DNA of 64,000 nt from Fibrobacterota bacterium (lineage in GTDB: Bacteria; Fibrobacterota; Chitinivibrionia; Chitinivibrionales; Chitinivibrionaceae), in assembly GCA_051745755.1 (NCBI GenBank), contig JBNJEI010000006.1:1-64000 (forward strand), written 5' to 3'. Numbering within the stretch: the stretch's first letter is position 1; every line of letters begins with the position of its first letter. The position numbers and the translations under genes were made by a program. The notes under the pieces are model-generated. The model had not been told where the DNA came from. It made no database searches and saw nothing but the letters and a program-made list of their open reading frames with translations. Shown piece after piece: positions 29,248-39,364 of this stretch.

Positions 29248-30570
29248 TTATACCTGTTTCTTTTTCAGAGTGTCCTTACCGAGTTTTATGGCATGGGCAA
29301 TGTTGATTTTTGCTGGACAGATATAGGTGCATGATCCGCAGTCCATGCAGTCAGTAATATTATGCTCCCGTAATTCATCAAATTTTTCTGCCCCTGCAAG
29401 TTTTGCAAAATGAGAAGGTATGAGACCCATGGGACAGACGCTGACGCAGCTGCCGCAATTGATGCAGGTATGGGTTTTCCGTGCGGGCGGAATCTCCGTT
29501 AAGGAGATAATACCCGATGTTGCCTTGATTACAGGGGCGGAAAGATCGGCCTGACTGATCCCCATCATGGGACCGCCGAGCACGATTTTTTTTATTTTAC
29601 TTACGTCCGCACCGCAGTGGGAAAGGATTGTTTCAATTGCAGTGCCGATGGGGATGATATAATTCCCCGGTGATTTTATATGCGCGCCTGCAACGGTTAC
29701 AATCCGTTCATACAGGGGTTTTCCCTCCACAACGGCATCAAATATCGCCTTGGCTGTACCTGTATTGACAACCACTGTGTTTACTGCCAGAGGAAGCTGG
29801 CCGCTGGGAACTTCCCTGTGGGCAACCACCTTTATGAGCTGCTTTTCCGCTCCCTGGGGGTACTTTGTTTCAAGCTCGACTATTTTAATAAAGGAGTATT
29901 TGCTGTGACGTTTAATTTCACGCCTGACAGCCTTGATCGCCCGGGGCTTGTTTTTTTCCACGGCAATAATAACTGTCTGTACATCGAGGATTCTCTTGGT
30001 AATGGCGACCCCGTCCAGAAATTCCTGTGTAAATTCAATCATCAGGCGATTATCGGATGTCAGATATGGTTCACATTCGGCGGCGTTAATAATGAGGGTA
30101 TCTATATTCACTCCCGGTGGGGGCGATAATTTCACTGCCGTGGGGAAGCTGGCCCCGCCCTTGCCGATAATACCCGCCTCGGCAATTCGCTGAATAAGTA
30201 TGTCTGAGGCAGTTTCATGCCACTTATCAATGCGCGGCAGCCGTACTGTCTCACCGGCGAAATCATTCCTGATCTCAACTCCAGTAATTTTTCCACCCAA
30301 AGGATGAGGAAATAGGCCCACCGTGGTAACGGTTCCGGAAACTGAGGCATGGACGGGGGCTGAAATTTTGCCCGTTGATTCACCGATCTGCTGTCCCGCC
30401 TTTACGGGGTCATTTTTTTTGACCAGAATCCGTGCGGGGGCACCAATATGCATACTCATGGGAATCACCACCTTTTCCGGAGCGGGAAAGGGAGTGGTTT
30501 TCATATGTGCCGTATCGTTATGGTCCTGGGGATGTATTCCACCGGAAAATGTTCGCTTTTTAAACAGCAC
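29248..30570 (-). CDS. rnfC: Rnf complex subunit C (NADH-binding, 2x[4Fe-4S])
   Basis: 440 aa. It has an NADH-binding GxGGAxFP motif (GKGGASFPT) and C-terminal clusters CINCGSCVSVCP and CMDCGSCTYICP. Confidence 0.85.
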   Translation of the reverse strand: MLFKKRTFSGGIHPQDHNDTAHMKTTPFPAPEKVVIPMSMHIGAPARILVKKNDPVKAGQQIGESTGKISAPVHASVSGTVTTVGLFPHPLGGKITGVEIRNDFAGETVRLPRIDKWHETASDILIQRIAEAGIIGKGGASFPTAVKLSPPPGVNIDTLIINAAECEPYLTSDNRLMIEFTQEFLDGVAITKRILDVQTVIIAVEKNKPRAIKAVRREIKRHSKYSFIKIVELETKYPQGAEKQLIKVVAHREVPSGQLPLAVNTVVVNTGTAKAIFDAVVEGKPLYERIVTVAGAHIKSPGNYIIPIGTAIETILSHCGADVSKIKKIVLGGPMMGISQADLSAPVIKATSGIISLTEIPPARKTHTCINCGSCVSVCPMGLIPSHFAKLAGAEKFDELREHNITDCMDCGSCTYICPAKINIAHAIKLGKDTLKKKQV

Positions 30571-30584
30571 GAAGCTCCTCAGTA

Positions 30585-31136
30585 TTAGTGGTTTGCGATA
30601 AGGGCTGCAGTCAATTTTTCGGCAACAGACTCACCACAGAGATTTTCAACTATCTTCAGGGCAAATAGCTGTGCTGTGCCCGGCCCCTTTGATGTAATAA
30701 CTGTTCCGTCCTGTTCAAGAACACGCCCCGTGGAGCTACCGGCATCAATAGCAGCATCCGCTCCGGGGTAGGCAGTAAACACCGTGTCTGCAAGGATTCC
30801 CGCTGTGTCTAATACTGTGGGGGCAGCGCAGATTGCGCAGCACAGTTTTCTATTTGTATAATGCTCCTGTACCAGCTTCAGTACCATTTCGCTTTCCCTG
30901 AGGTGTGTTGTCCCCGGACCGCCGGGAAGAATAATTGCATCGTAGAGGGTATGGCTGCATTTTTCCAGGACTGTATCACAGTGAACCTGAAGGTTATGAG
31001 CTGCAGTTATCTGCGGGGTGTCAAGTCCGGCGACGGTTACGTCAACCCCAGCCCTGCGCAAAACATCAACGCAGGTAATACCTTCTATTTCCTCAAATCC
31101 CGATGCAAAGATGATTAATGCTTTTTTCGTGTTCAT
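30585..31136 (-). CDS. DJ-1/PfpI (ThiJ) family protein
   Basis: KALIIFASGFEEIEG... with the nucleophile elbow AICAAP. About 183 aa. Confidence 0.7.
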   Translation of the reverse strand: MNTKKALIIFASGFEEIEGITCVDVLRRAGVDVTVAGLDTPQITAAHNLQVHCDTVLEKCSHTLYDAIILPGGPGTTHLRESEMVLKLVQEHYTNRKLCCAICAAPTVLDTAGILADTVFTAYPGADAAIDAGSSTGRVLEQDGTVITSKGPGTAQLFALKIVENLCGESVAEKLTAALIANH

Positions 31137-31184
31137 GGCAATCATCCTTTTCTATAAAACATGTACCGGTTCTTTAACACTCGA

Positions 31185-31517
31185 TTATGTCCTGCTTTTG
31201 AATTCATCAAAGTCGCGATATACGGTTATCCGCTGAGGCAGCCGTACCGTGTCAAATATGCTTGATATCGCTTCATTGGCACCGAATACACAGACATATC
31301 CTCCCTTTTTCGAGATGCTCTTATGGGCGGTAATGATCTTTCCCAGGGCGCTTGAATCCAGAAAAGGCACGTCAGAGATATCTATAGCCAGGAGCGGATG
31401 CTCCTTTTCAAGGGTTTCATCGATAATTTTTTGAAATTTATTTACCTTTTTAATGGTAAATGCTCCATGCAAAGAAGCCACGGTCCAGTTATTAACTGTA
31501 TCTACGCTTATTTCCAT
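31185..31517 (-). CDS. STAS-domain anti-sigma-factor antagonist (SpoIIAA-like)
   Basis: About 110 aa. It contains ...VDTVNNWTVASLHGAFTI...FLDSSALGKI..., which includes the phosphorylatable Ser region. Confidence 0.6.
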   Translation of the reverse strand: MEISVDTVNNWTVASLHGAFTIKKVNKFQKIIDETLEKEHPLLAIDISDVPFLDSSALGKIITAHKSISKKGGYVCVFGANEAISSIFDTVRLPQRITVYRDFDEFKSRT

Positions 31518-31560
31518 ATGTACCTCCGTTATTACAAGCAAATAATATAATTTGCTCAAT

Positions 31561-33495
31561 TTAATTGCAAGTTCTTTTGCGCAAAGTGATCAATTGCTTT
31601 TGTCCTCTGTAATCATGTGTGAAATGCGGGGTATTGCTGCAGGTCATAAAAATATCGTAGTCCGCGGTTTTAATCAGCGTGTTATCCGGAAGGCTGTACT
31701 GCTTCATCGCAGTGAAACCACTGTCCGGAGTATGGGTATATATGTGCTGAATCCCCGTGTGTTTTCTGAGATATTCACGGGTATGACGGTAATCCCGGCT
31801 GGGTGTATCCAGAAAGAGAGTGCGCAGTCTTTTCTGCGCTGCAAGCCAGTTGGAAAATCTTGTGCGGGTAAGAAGATGTGTAACATCTCCGGAGATAATC
31901 AGCAGTCCCCGTACGTTATCTGAAAACAGCAGGGTGTTATGTGTTTCATAGTATACCAACGCGTCTTTATGAGGTATCTGCCGTGAATGCAGTTTCCACA
32001 ACGAGAGTGCACAGAGGGTGCAGTACAGATATGTGAGAAACATACGTCTTCGTACAAAATAAAAAGTCATGAATATATACGAAAGAGCGATAATCAGTCC
32101 TCCCGTAGAAAGTGCTGCGGGAAGAGGTGTGATATTCAGGGATCGGGCAAGGTCTGCCATGGCAGAAAACAGCTTAATATCCACAGTAAGAGCCGCCGTT
32201 GACAGTAATTGGGCAAGGGGAGCGCTGATAATCTGCAGAAAAAGGGAATAGATAATAATTTGAATATTGAGTATAATAAGAGGAAGAAACAGAATATTTC
32301 CCCAGAGTGCAGCCGGGGCAATTTCCTGAAAATGAAATGCCAATACCGGCCAGGTGGAAAGGCTTATAAGCGGAGGCAGTATACAAAAGAGGACGAGGGA
32401 ACGAACGGAGGGAGGAGAGAAATCCTGTAGTATGGGTGCAGCCAGGAGAATGGTGAGAGTTGCCGTAATGGTCAGGTGGAATCCCGCCTGAAACAGTTGT
32501 GAAGGATCCTGAATAAGAATGATGATAATTGCAACTGCAAGGCTGTTGAGTGCGTTTGGTTTTCTCTGAAACAGGGGGGCGCTGAAAAAGACAGTTGCCA
32601 TAATGAGTGCCCTGAGGGTTGAGGCTGTCATGCCGCACAGGGGGAGAAGTATCCATGCAATACAAACGGCTGCGGCCCTGATAACATGACCCGGAAGAGG
32701 AAGAATGGAAAGGATAAGCCAAAGGGAAAACAGGAGTATTCCGACATGAAGCCCTGAAACCGCTGTTATATGCATAAGGCCGTAGGCACTGAATGTATCT
32801 TTTATCCAGGAGGGCAAAAGATGTCGCTCCCGCAGCAGCACAGCCTGATAATAGGGAGAAAGGGAAGGGTGAAAGGTTGTGATGGAGCTTTTAATGGCAC
32901 CATACATTTCGGTGACAAATGAATTTTCCCGTGTGTCCGGGATGATTCGGGCTGTGCCGGTGATATTCCGTCGGGACAAAAAGGTGTATTCATCAAATTC
33001 CCAGGGAGCATGGTGGCGGGGTGAAGGGTATGTTTCACGGTGGATCTCACCGGTCAGTGTCTGTCCCGGAAGAAGGGGGGAGGAAAGCCCCTGCAGCAGC
33101 AGCAACCCGTATGAACTCTGTACGATCTGATTATATCCGTCATAACTTTTGAAAAGAGGGGGCTGAAAAAAACGCACCTGTTCCTGTGTTGTGTCCTGCT
33201 GATAAAAGTCCTGGTGGTGGTTGGTAAAAGATTGCTGCTGTGCTGCGGCACAAAATATTCCGCAAAAAATAAATGTTCCAAGAAAAAAGGGCTTGTAAAA
33301 ACTTATTATTATTGTTAGAATACATATCGTATATACAATACTGTGCGGCGGGGCAACGCATTGTGCGGGTGAAACAAGTATGCCCACGCACAGAAGGCAG
33401 GCGGTTTTCTGTGCACGTGTGGCATGGGGGCGTATTTTTGTCAGTTTTTTCATGTGTGTGTACTGCAAAATTATGGGTACTGTCAGTAATAACAA
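31561..33495 (-). CDS. ComEC/Rec2-family polytopic membrane protein
   Basis: Its competence-domain signature is GLMHITAVSGLHVGILL, and it has many TM helices. No clear metallo-beta-lactamase HxHxDH motif was seen in the C-terminal region. The start may lie downstream at MKKLTKI (33453). Confidence 0.6.
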   Translation of the reverse strand: MLLLTVPIILQYTHMKKLTKIRPHATRAQKTACLLCVGILVSPAQCVAPPHSIVYTICILTIIISFYKPFFLGTFIFCGIFCAAAQQQSFTNHHQDFYQQDTTQEQVRFFQPPLFKSYDGYNQIVQSSYGLLLLQGLSSPLLPGQTLTGEIHRETYPSPRHHAPWEFDEYTFLSRRNITGTARIIPDTRENSFVTEMYGAIKSSITTFHPSLSPYYQAVLLRERHLLPSWIKDTFSAYGLMHITAVSGLHVGILLFSLWLILSILPLPGHVIRAAAVCIAWILLPLCGMTASTLRALIMATVFFSAPLFQRKPNALNSLAVAIIIILIQDPSQLFQAGFHLTITATLTILLAAPILQDFSPPSVRSLVLFCILPPLISLSTWPVLAFHFQEIAPAALWGNILFLPLIILNIQIIIYSLFLQIISAPLAQLLSTAALTVDIKLFSAMADLARSLNITPLPAALSTGGLIIALSYIFMTFYFVRRRMFLTYLYCTLCALSLWKLHSRQIPHKDALVYYETHNTLLFSDNVRGLLIISGDVTHLLTRTRFSNWLAAQKRLRTLFLDTPSRDYRHTREYLRKHTGIQHIYTHTPDSGFTAMKQYSLPDNTLIKTADYDIFMTCSNTPHFTHDYRGQKQLITLRKRTCN

Positions 33496-33522
33496 TATAT
33501 AAAAGTTTGAAAGAGGTGTGCC

Positions 33523-33879
33523 ATGAAAATTTTACTTGTTGATGATTCAAATACCATGCGAAGAATTCAGGCCAATCAGCTGAAGCAATTGGGTATTGAT
33601 ACCGTGATAGAAGCAGAAAACGGCAAGGATGCTCTGGAAAAACTGGCGGGGAATATGCCCGTTGATCTTATGCTGCTTGACTGGAATATGCCTGTTATGA
33701 ACGGCATTGATTGTCTTAAGGCCATTCGCAGTGATGACACCTATAAGGGTGTTAAGATTTTTATGTGTACCTCAGAATCAGAAAAATCCACCGTTATGGA
33801 GGCCTTAAAGGCCGGGGCAAATAATTATATCGTAAAACCCTTCACTCCCGATGTGCTGAAAGAAAAACTTGGGTTGTAA
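33523..33879 (+). CDS. Stand-alone CheY-like receiver protein
   Basis: 118 aa: MKILLVDDSNTMRRI...DLMLLDWNMPVMNG...MCTSE...YIVKPF. Confidence 0.75.
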   Translation: MKILLVDDSNTMRRIQANQLKQLGIDTVIEAENGKDALEKLAGNMPVDLMLLDWNMPVMNGIDCLKAIRSDDTYKGVKIFMCTSESEKSTVMEALKAGANNYIVKPFTPDVLKEKLGL

Positions 33880-33919
33880 TCTGTAAATTTTTACGGGGTT
33901 GCTACTATTGTGTTATAAG

Positions 33920-33949
33920 AGACTGTATATTATATGCAGTCTTTTTTTC
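33920..33949 (+). terminator. Rho-independent terminator after the receiver gene
   Basis: The stem AGACTG and CAGTCT encloses an 11-nt loop and is followed by T7 at 33943-33949. Confidence 0.6.
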
Positions 33950-33964
33950 ATAAGGAATTGAGCA

Positions 33965-36658
33965 ATGCCACGGAATTTAGTGATTCTTGATTGTCATGCC
34001 CTGTTGTTCAGGGCCTATTATGCAATGATACGTACCCCTCTTATTAATTCAAAGGGGGTCAATACCAGTGCTCTTTTTGGTTTTTCAAAATATCTGCTTC
34101 ATGTTATGGAGTATTTCCCCGGGGCTCTTTTTGCAGCCACCTTTGATTCAAAGGGGCCAACACTCCGTAAACAGCGATATGATGCATACAAGGCAAATCG
34201 TTCTGAAGTACCGGAGGACCTGAAGGTTCAGCTTGGCCGCTCCCGTGATCTGGCTAAAGCTCTGGGGATTGCCTGTTTTCATAAAGACGGGTACGAAGCG
34301 GATGATATTATTAAGGATATTGCCTTCTGGGGCAGAGACAGGGGATATGAGGTAAAGATCGTTTCAAAGGATAAGGACCTTATGCAGCTGGTGGATGATA
34401 CGATTCACCTGTTTGCACCGGCCAAAAACAATTCCTTTACTGACATAGGGCCCGCAGAGGTTTTTGAGAAGATGGGTGTGTACCCCGACCGCGTGGTGGA
34501 TCTTTTGGCATTGATGGGGGATTCCTCCGATAATATTCCCGGAGTCCCCGGTGTCGGTCCCAAGACTGCAGTGAAAATACTGGAGGCCTGCGGCAGTGTA
34601 CAGAATGTTATCAACGATCCCTGGTGTGCACACACAAAAAGAACTGGTGATAAGATTCATGATAATCTCGATAAACTGAAGATATCTCTGGAGCTCGTAC
34701 AGTTTCACGATACAGGCATAGCCCCAGATGAAGAAATGCTGACTCCTGATATTCCTGTTATGGAAGAGGTTACACGGCTTTTTGAGGAGTTTGAATTTGA
34801 ATCCCTGTATGAGCATTCCTTTTTTGATACTATGCCGGAAGTGGAGAAAAAAAGCACCCTGACCTTTTCTCACCATACGGTGACATCCCTGAATGATCTG
34901 AACCATCTGGTGGAAACAATACAGAAGCAGGGGTATTGTTCCTTTGATACGGAAACCACTTCTCTGGATTGTCATGATGCGCAGCTGGTGGGGATTTCCC
35001 TGGCACTGGAGAAGGATAGGGGGTACTACATTCCCCTGGCACATGATGAGGAGGGAAATCTTGCCGTTACAGAGGTTTTAAAAACCCTGCGTGTTGTCCT
35101 GGAAGATTCGGATGTGGAGATAATCGGGCAAAATCTGAAATACGACATGCAGGTATTGTTTAAATACGGAATACACCTGCGGGGTATGATTTTTGACACC
35201 ATGATTGCCGCCTATCTGGTATCTCCCGATGAAGGACGGTTTAATCTTGATTTTCTCGCCCGTAAATGGCTGAATTATGAGATGACCCCCATTGAGGATC
35301 TTATCGGCACTAAGAAAGAAGGGCAATTGTCCTTTGCACAGGTATCCAGAAAAGATGCGGCGTTTTATGCTGCAGAAGACGCGGTAATCCCGCTTGTGCT
35401 CAAAGATATTCTTCTGAAGAAACTGGAAGAAAGTGATCAGAAAAATCTTTTTTATACCATAGAATCTCCCCTTATCGCAATTCTCGCATCCATGGAATAC
35501 ACCGGGTTTCGTCTTGATACGGCATATCTCAATTCTCTGCGTACGGAGTATGTGCGGGATATCGCCCAGGTTGAAAAAGAAATATTTGATATGGCGGGGG
35601 AATCATTTAATCTGAACTCCCCCAAACAGCTTGCGGCTGTGCTTTTTGAAAAACTGCGTCTCCCGGCGGGACGGAAAACCAAGACGGGGTATTCAACAGC
35701 GGTTGAAGTATTGGAAAAGCTGGCTCCAAAATATCCCATTGTGGAAAAGATTCTGTGCTATCGGGAAAAACAAAAGCTGTATTCCACATATATCAACGCA
35801 TTACCCCAGAAGGTGCACAGCCGGACCGGCCGTCTTCACACCAGTCTTAAACAGACCGGCACCGCCACGGGACGGATTTCAAGCAGGGATCCAAACCTGC
35901 AGAATATCCCCGTTAAGACCAGTGAGGGGCGAATGATTCGGAAGGCCTTTATTGCCGATGATACTATGCGTATTCTCTGTGCAGATTATTCGCAGATTGA
36001 ACTGCGTCTTCTGGCTCATTTTTCCCGGGATCCCATTCTGGTAACGGCTTTTAAAAACGGAGCGGATATTCACCAAGAAACCGCAGCGGCATTTTTTGAA
36101 GTTCCGACGGAATTTGTATCCCCTGAGATGCGGCGTACAGCAAAGGTGGTGAATTTTGGTCTTATGTATGGTATGGGCGCCTATAAGCTCTCCACTGATC
36201 TGAATATTCCCTTCGGCCGGGCAAAGGAGTTTATATCCCGGTATTTTGAGCGGTTTGCCACGGTGAAGGATTTTATGGATGCATCTGTTCAAAGGGCCCG
36301 TGAAAAGGGGTATAGTGAGACACTGATGGGGAGAAAACGATGGATCCCGGGCCTGAATGCATCCAATCAGCGGGTACGTGAGGCAGCACAGCGTCTGGCA
36401 GTGAATACCCCTGTTCAGGGATCGGCGGCAGATATTATAAAAAAGGCAATGATTGATATTGAGGAAACACTGAAATCAACGTATCCTGATGTGCGGCCCC
36501 TGCTTCAGGTTCACGATGAACTTATCTTTGAGGTTCCCGGGGAATCGGCAGCGGGGGTGGAAAAACTGGTCTGTGAAAAGATGGAACAGGCCGTGGAAAT
36601 TTCTGTTCCCCTGGATGTTTCCTCAAATATTGCGGATAACTGGAGTGATGCTCATTAG
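33965..36658 (+). CDS. polA: DNA polymerase I (5'-3' exo, 3'-5' exo, pol domains)
   Basis: 897 aa. The DYSQIELR motif, KxxNFGxxYG (AKVVNFGLMYGMGAYKL) and QVHDELIFE are present. Confidence 0.9.
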   Translation: MPRNLVILDCHALLFRAYYAMIRTPLINSKGVNTSALFGFSKYLLHVMEYFPGALFAATFDSKGPTLRKQRYDAYKANRSEVPEDLKVQLGRSRDLAKALGIACFHKDGYEADDIIKDIAFWGRDRGYEVKIVSKDKDLMQLVDDTIHLFAPAKNNSFTDIGPAEVFEKMGVYPDRVVDLLALMGDSSDNIPGVPGVGPKTAVKILEACGSVQNVINDPWCAHTKRTGDKIHDNLDKLKISLELVQFHDTGIAPDEEMLTPDIPVMEEVTRLFEEFEFESLYEHSFFDTMPEVEKKSTLTFSHHTVTSLNDLNHLVETIQKQGYCSFDTETTSLDCHDAQLVGISLALEKDRGYYIPLAHDEEGNLAVTEVLKTLRVVLEDSDVEIIGQNLKYDMQVLFKYGIHLRGMIFDTMIAAYLVSPDEGRFNLDFLARKWLNYEMTPIEDLIGTKKEGQLSFAQVSRKDAAFYAAEDAVIPLVLKDILLKKLEESDQKNLFYTIESPLIAILASMEYTGFRLDTAYLNSLRTEYVRDIAQVEKEIFDMAGESFNLNSPKQLAAVLFEKLRLPAGRKTKTGYSTAVEVLEKLAPKYPIVEKILCYREKQKLYSTYINALPQKVHSRTGRLHTSLKQTGTATGRISSRDPNLQNIPVKTSEGRMIRKAFIADDTMRILCADYSQIELRLLAHFSRDPILVTAFKNGADIHQETAAAFFEVPTEFVSPEMRRTAKVVNFGLMYGMGAYKLSTDLNIPFGRAKEFISRYFERFATVKDFMDASVQRAREKGYSETLMGRKRWIPGLNASNQRVREAAQRLAVNTPVQGSAADIIKKAMIDIEETLKSTYPDVRPLLQVHDELIFEVPGESAAGVEKLVCEKMEQAVEISVPLDVSSNIADNWSDAH

Positions 36659-37794
36659 GTTTTCCGTGTAAGGGACTGATCCTTCCAGGAAAACCGACCG
36701 AAAACGCCACGAATCACAGAATAGAGCACTATACCAAGCTGCAGAAAAGAGGCGGCAATAAACCCTGTGAAGGGAATGCGTATATTGAATATTCGTGCCC
36801 CGGGAAGCATAAAAACAGCTTCTCCCAGAAGTTTTATACCGAGCAGAACAACCGGTGCAGCGGCGGGCACTATTCCGGCAAAGGCAAGGGGAAATGACGC
36901 CGCAAGGGTGAGATAAAAAAGAAATATGCCGATGAGATACAGCCGCTGGGGCAGGGAGTAATACACGGTTTTTGAGCCCCATCGTGCACGCTGATTCAGC
37001 AGGGCTTTCCAGCTGTAGCAGGGAGTTGTCCGGACCCGGGCAGAGGGGGCGGCACAAAAATGGATATCCCACCTTTTTGATTCCCACATTTTCTGAAGCA
37101 GGAAATCATCGTCTCCTGAGGTTATGCGGTGGGTGGAGGAGAATTCTGTAAGACCATCCAGGGCGCTTCTGCGATAGGCAAGATTATTTGCATTGGCGCT
37201 TATGGGGAAATTCTGTCCGATCGCTGCGGCGGCGATTATATCGTAGGAAAGAAAATCAATACTTTGATATGTTTTTAAAAAGAAAGATGTTTTCTGCGTG
37301 AAATTATACAGCGTTATTCCCTGCACCAGTCCGGTGGATATATCCTGAAAGGGAGCGGTCATAGTTTCAATCCAGCGCTTGGGAACCTCGGCATCGGCAT
37401 CAGTCTGAAGTATTATTGAACCTTTGGTTGCCTGTATGGCGTGAGCCAAAGCGTTTTTTTTTGGCGGAATGGAAGTGGGACAGGACGTGATGTCCAGGCG
37501 TGAGAGGTTCTTCATATCCCGTGCATATGTGTCAATAATTTCCCCGGTTTTGTCAGTGGATCTGTCATTAACCACGGTAATGGTGAAGTTTTTGAAGGTC
37601 TGCTTTTTGAGTGATTCCAGCAGGCGGGGCAGGTTTTTTTCTTCATTGCGGGCTGCCACTATGATATCAACTGAAATGGCGGGAGAGTGAGCTGGTGCCT
37701 GGAACGTTTTCCCGCGGCGGATTTTTTTCAGGCCGCGTGCAAGAAATACACACTGCAGAAGATAGAGGCAGCCTATTGTCAGGGCAATACTCAT
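36655..37794 (-). CDS. Family-2 glycosyltransferase (membrane-associated)
   Basis: It has an N-terminal TM helix, VVNDRSTDKTGEII with the DxD-like DADAEVP, and C-terminal TM helices. Its stop codon overlaps the polA stop (tTAg). Confidence 0.7.
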   Translation of the reverse strand: MSIALTIGCLYLLQCVFLARGLKKIRRGKTFQAPAHSPAISVDIIVAARNEEKNLPRLLESLKKQTFKNFTITVVNDRSTDKTGEIIDTYARDMKNLSRLDITSCPTSIPPKKNALAHAIQATKGSIILQTDADAEVPKRWIETMTAPFQDISTGLVQGITLYNFTQKTSFFLKTYQSIDFLSYDIIAAAAIGQNFPISANANNLAYRRSALDGLTEFSSTHRITSGDDDFLLQKMWESKRWDIHFCAAPSARVRTTPCYSWKALLNQRARWGSKTVYYSLPQRLYLIGIFLFYLTLAASFPLAFAGIVPAAAPVVLLGIKLLGEAVFMLPGARIFNIRIPFTGFIAASFLQLGIVLYSVIRGVFGRFSWKDQSLTRKT

Positions 37795-38528
37795 TGTGTA
37801 TGCTCTACTCCTGCAGCGATAATCCTGTGGAGTGTAATATGCAGGTTTTCACGCTCATGGGCACTCATTGTGGCAGTATACACCGGCGGGTGAACAGTAA
37901 TGGTTATATGCGCCCTCTGAATCAGCCGTTTTTCTTCAAATATTTTGTAGCTGCCGCATATGCTGACCGGAACAACGGGGACGTCCGATTTTTTTGCAAG
38001 CTTCATGCTTCCTTTTTTAAAGGGGGCTACAGCCCCTCCTTTGCTTCGGGTACCTTCAGGAAAGATTACCAGAGGATCGCCTGCCTGAAGTTGGCGTACA
38101 CCCTGATTGATGGCAGCGATAGCCTGCCGTTTGCTGGAGCGGTCGAGAAAGACAACGCCCAGGTGCTGCATCCACCAGCCTATTATGGGAGCTTTTTTTA
38201 GCTCCTTCTTGGCAATAAAAGCGATTTTCCAGGGCACCACAGACATAATCAACGGAATGTCGAATAGTCCCTGATGGTTTGCAACAATGCAATAGCGGTG
38301 GTCCTTGGGGAAAAATTCCTTTCCCCGCACCTCAAGGGTGCTTCCGGTGAGAAATACAAGCATTCTGGCCCAGAATTTCCCCAGAAGGATTGTAATTTGC
38401 TTTTGAAGGTGTCCAAGACGAAGAAACCGCAATATTTTCAGTGGAATAAAAAGTGCTATGCTGGCAACCATAAAAAAAATCAGAAAGGTAAGAAAGAATG
38501 CGGTATGGATGTAATGAAAAATTCTCAT
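37791..38528 (-). CDS. 1-acyl-sn-glycerol-3-phosphate acyltransferase (PlsC family)
   Basis: HxxxxD (VANHQGLFD) and FPEGTR motifs are present. Confidence 0.75.
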   Translation of the reverse strand: MRIFHYIHTAFFLTFLIFFMVASIALFIPLKILRFLRLGHLQKQITILLGKFWARMLVFLTGSTLEVRGKEFFPKDHRYCIVANHQGLFDIPLIMSVVPWKIAFIAKKELKKAPIIGWWMQHLGVVFLDRSSKRQAIAAINQGVRQLQAGDPLVIFPEGTRSKGGAVAPFKKGSMKLAKKSDVPVVPVSICGSYKIFEEKRLIQRAHITITVHPPVYTATMSAHERENLHITLHRIIAAGVEHTQ

Positions 38529-38539
38529 GGAAAGTCCTT

Positions 38540-39007
38540 TTATGCTCGGGTTATAACCATTGCGCCCAGGGTAATAAGAACGGTACCGCCAAGAAGAGGC
38601 AGTACGGAAACATCAGTATGTTCCTGAAAAAGAATGATGCTGAGTACCGCCGCAATTATTGCATTGGTGGCTGCCAGTGAGGCGGATACGGACATGGGCA
38701 GGTTAAAGGTATCCACGCTGTAGCTCATAAGAAATGTTCCCGAAGCCCAGAATACACCAATGAGAAGACCGCCCGCAACACCCCTGAGTGACAGGGTGTT
38801 TTCACCGCTTCGAAACAGAAACAGGAAAAGCCCGGTACAAAGAACTCCAAGGCCGGTGAGAACAATTACGCCCTGGGGTGATATACCTTTTTTCAGGGTA
38901 TATTTTATGCTTGTGAGGGCTATGCCGATACACACTGCCGGCAAGACCCCGCCCAGAATATAACCTTTCATACCTGCTCCGAAAATAAAAACTGAAATAT
39001 ATATCAA
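38540..39007 (-). CDS. Small DMT/EamA-like membrane protein
   Basis: 155 aa with 4-5 TM helices. It is glycine-rich and shows no catalytic motif. Confidence 0.4.
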   Translation of the reverse strand: MIYISVFIFGAGMKGYILGGVLPAVCIGIALTSIKYTLKKGISPQGVIVLTGLGVLCTGLFLFLFRSGENTLSLRGVAGGLLIGVFWASGTFLMSYSVDTFNLPMSVSASLAATNAIIAAVLSIILFQEHTDVSVLPLLGGTVLITLGAMVITRA

Positions 39008-39015
39008 TGGGAATA

Positions 39016-39363
39016 TCAGACGGTGATTATATCAAATCCCTCCCGTATGTATCGCTCCATTGAAGGATGGCCGGACATATCCGCTCCCAGGGGCAGGCCC
39101 TGTTTTTTCGCCTCTTCAAGACTGCCGAGCTTTGCACAGCAGGCTTTGCATACACAGCTGAGAAGATCCTTTTCAATAATCTGACGATACTGGGTATGAA
39201 AGGGGGTGCCTTCTGTATTGAGTTCTTTCAGTAGTTTGCATGATGCCCCCTCAATTACCAGCGTTGATTCATAGCCCTTTGCGTGAAGGTCAAGGACATT
39301 GAGCAACGCATGGGCAAAGCAGGTCAGATTTCCGTTGAAGGCAAAAACTGCAGTTTTTTTCAT
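39016..39363 (-). CDS. DsrE/DsrF-like family protein
   Basis: 115 aa: MKKTAVFAFNGN...VIEGASCKLL...SCVCKACCAKLG. The size and Cys pattern are those of the DsrE/YchN-like fold. Confidence 0.45.
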   Translation of the reverse strand: MKKTAVFAFNGNLTCFAHALLNVLDLHAKGYESTLVIEGASCKLLKELNTEGTPFHTQYRQIIEKDLLSCVCKACCAKLGSLEEAKKQGLPLGADMSGHPSMERYIREGFDIITV

Positions 39364-39364
39364 A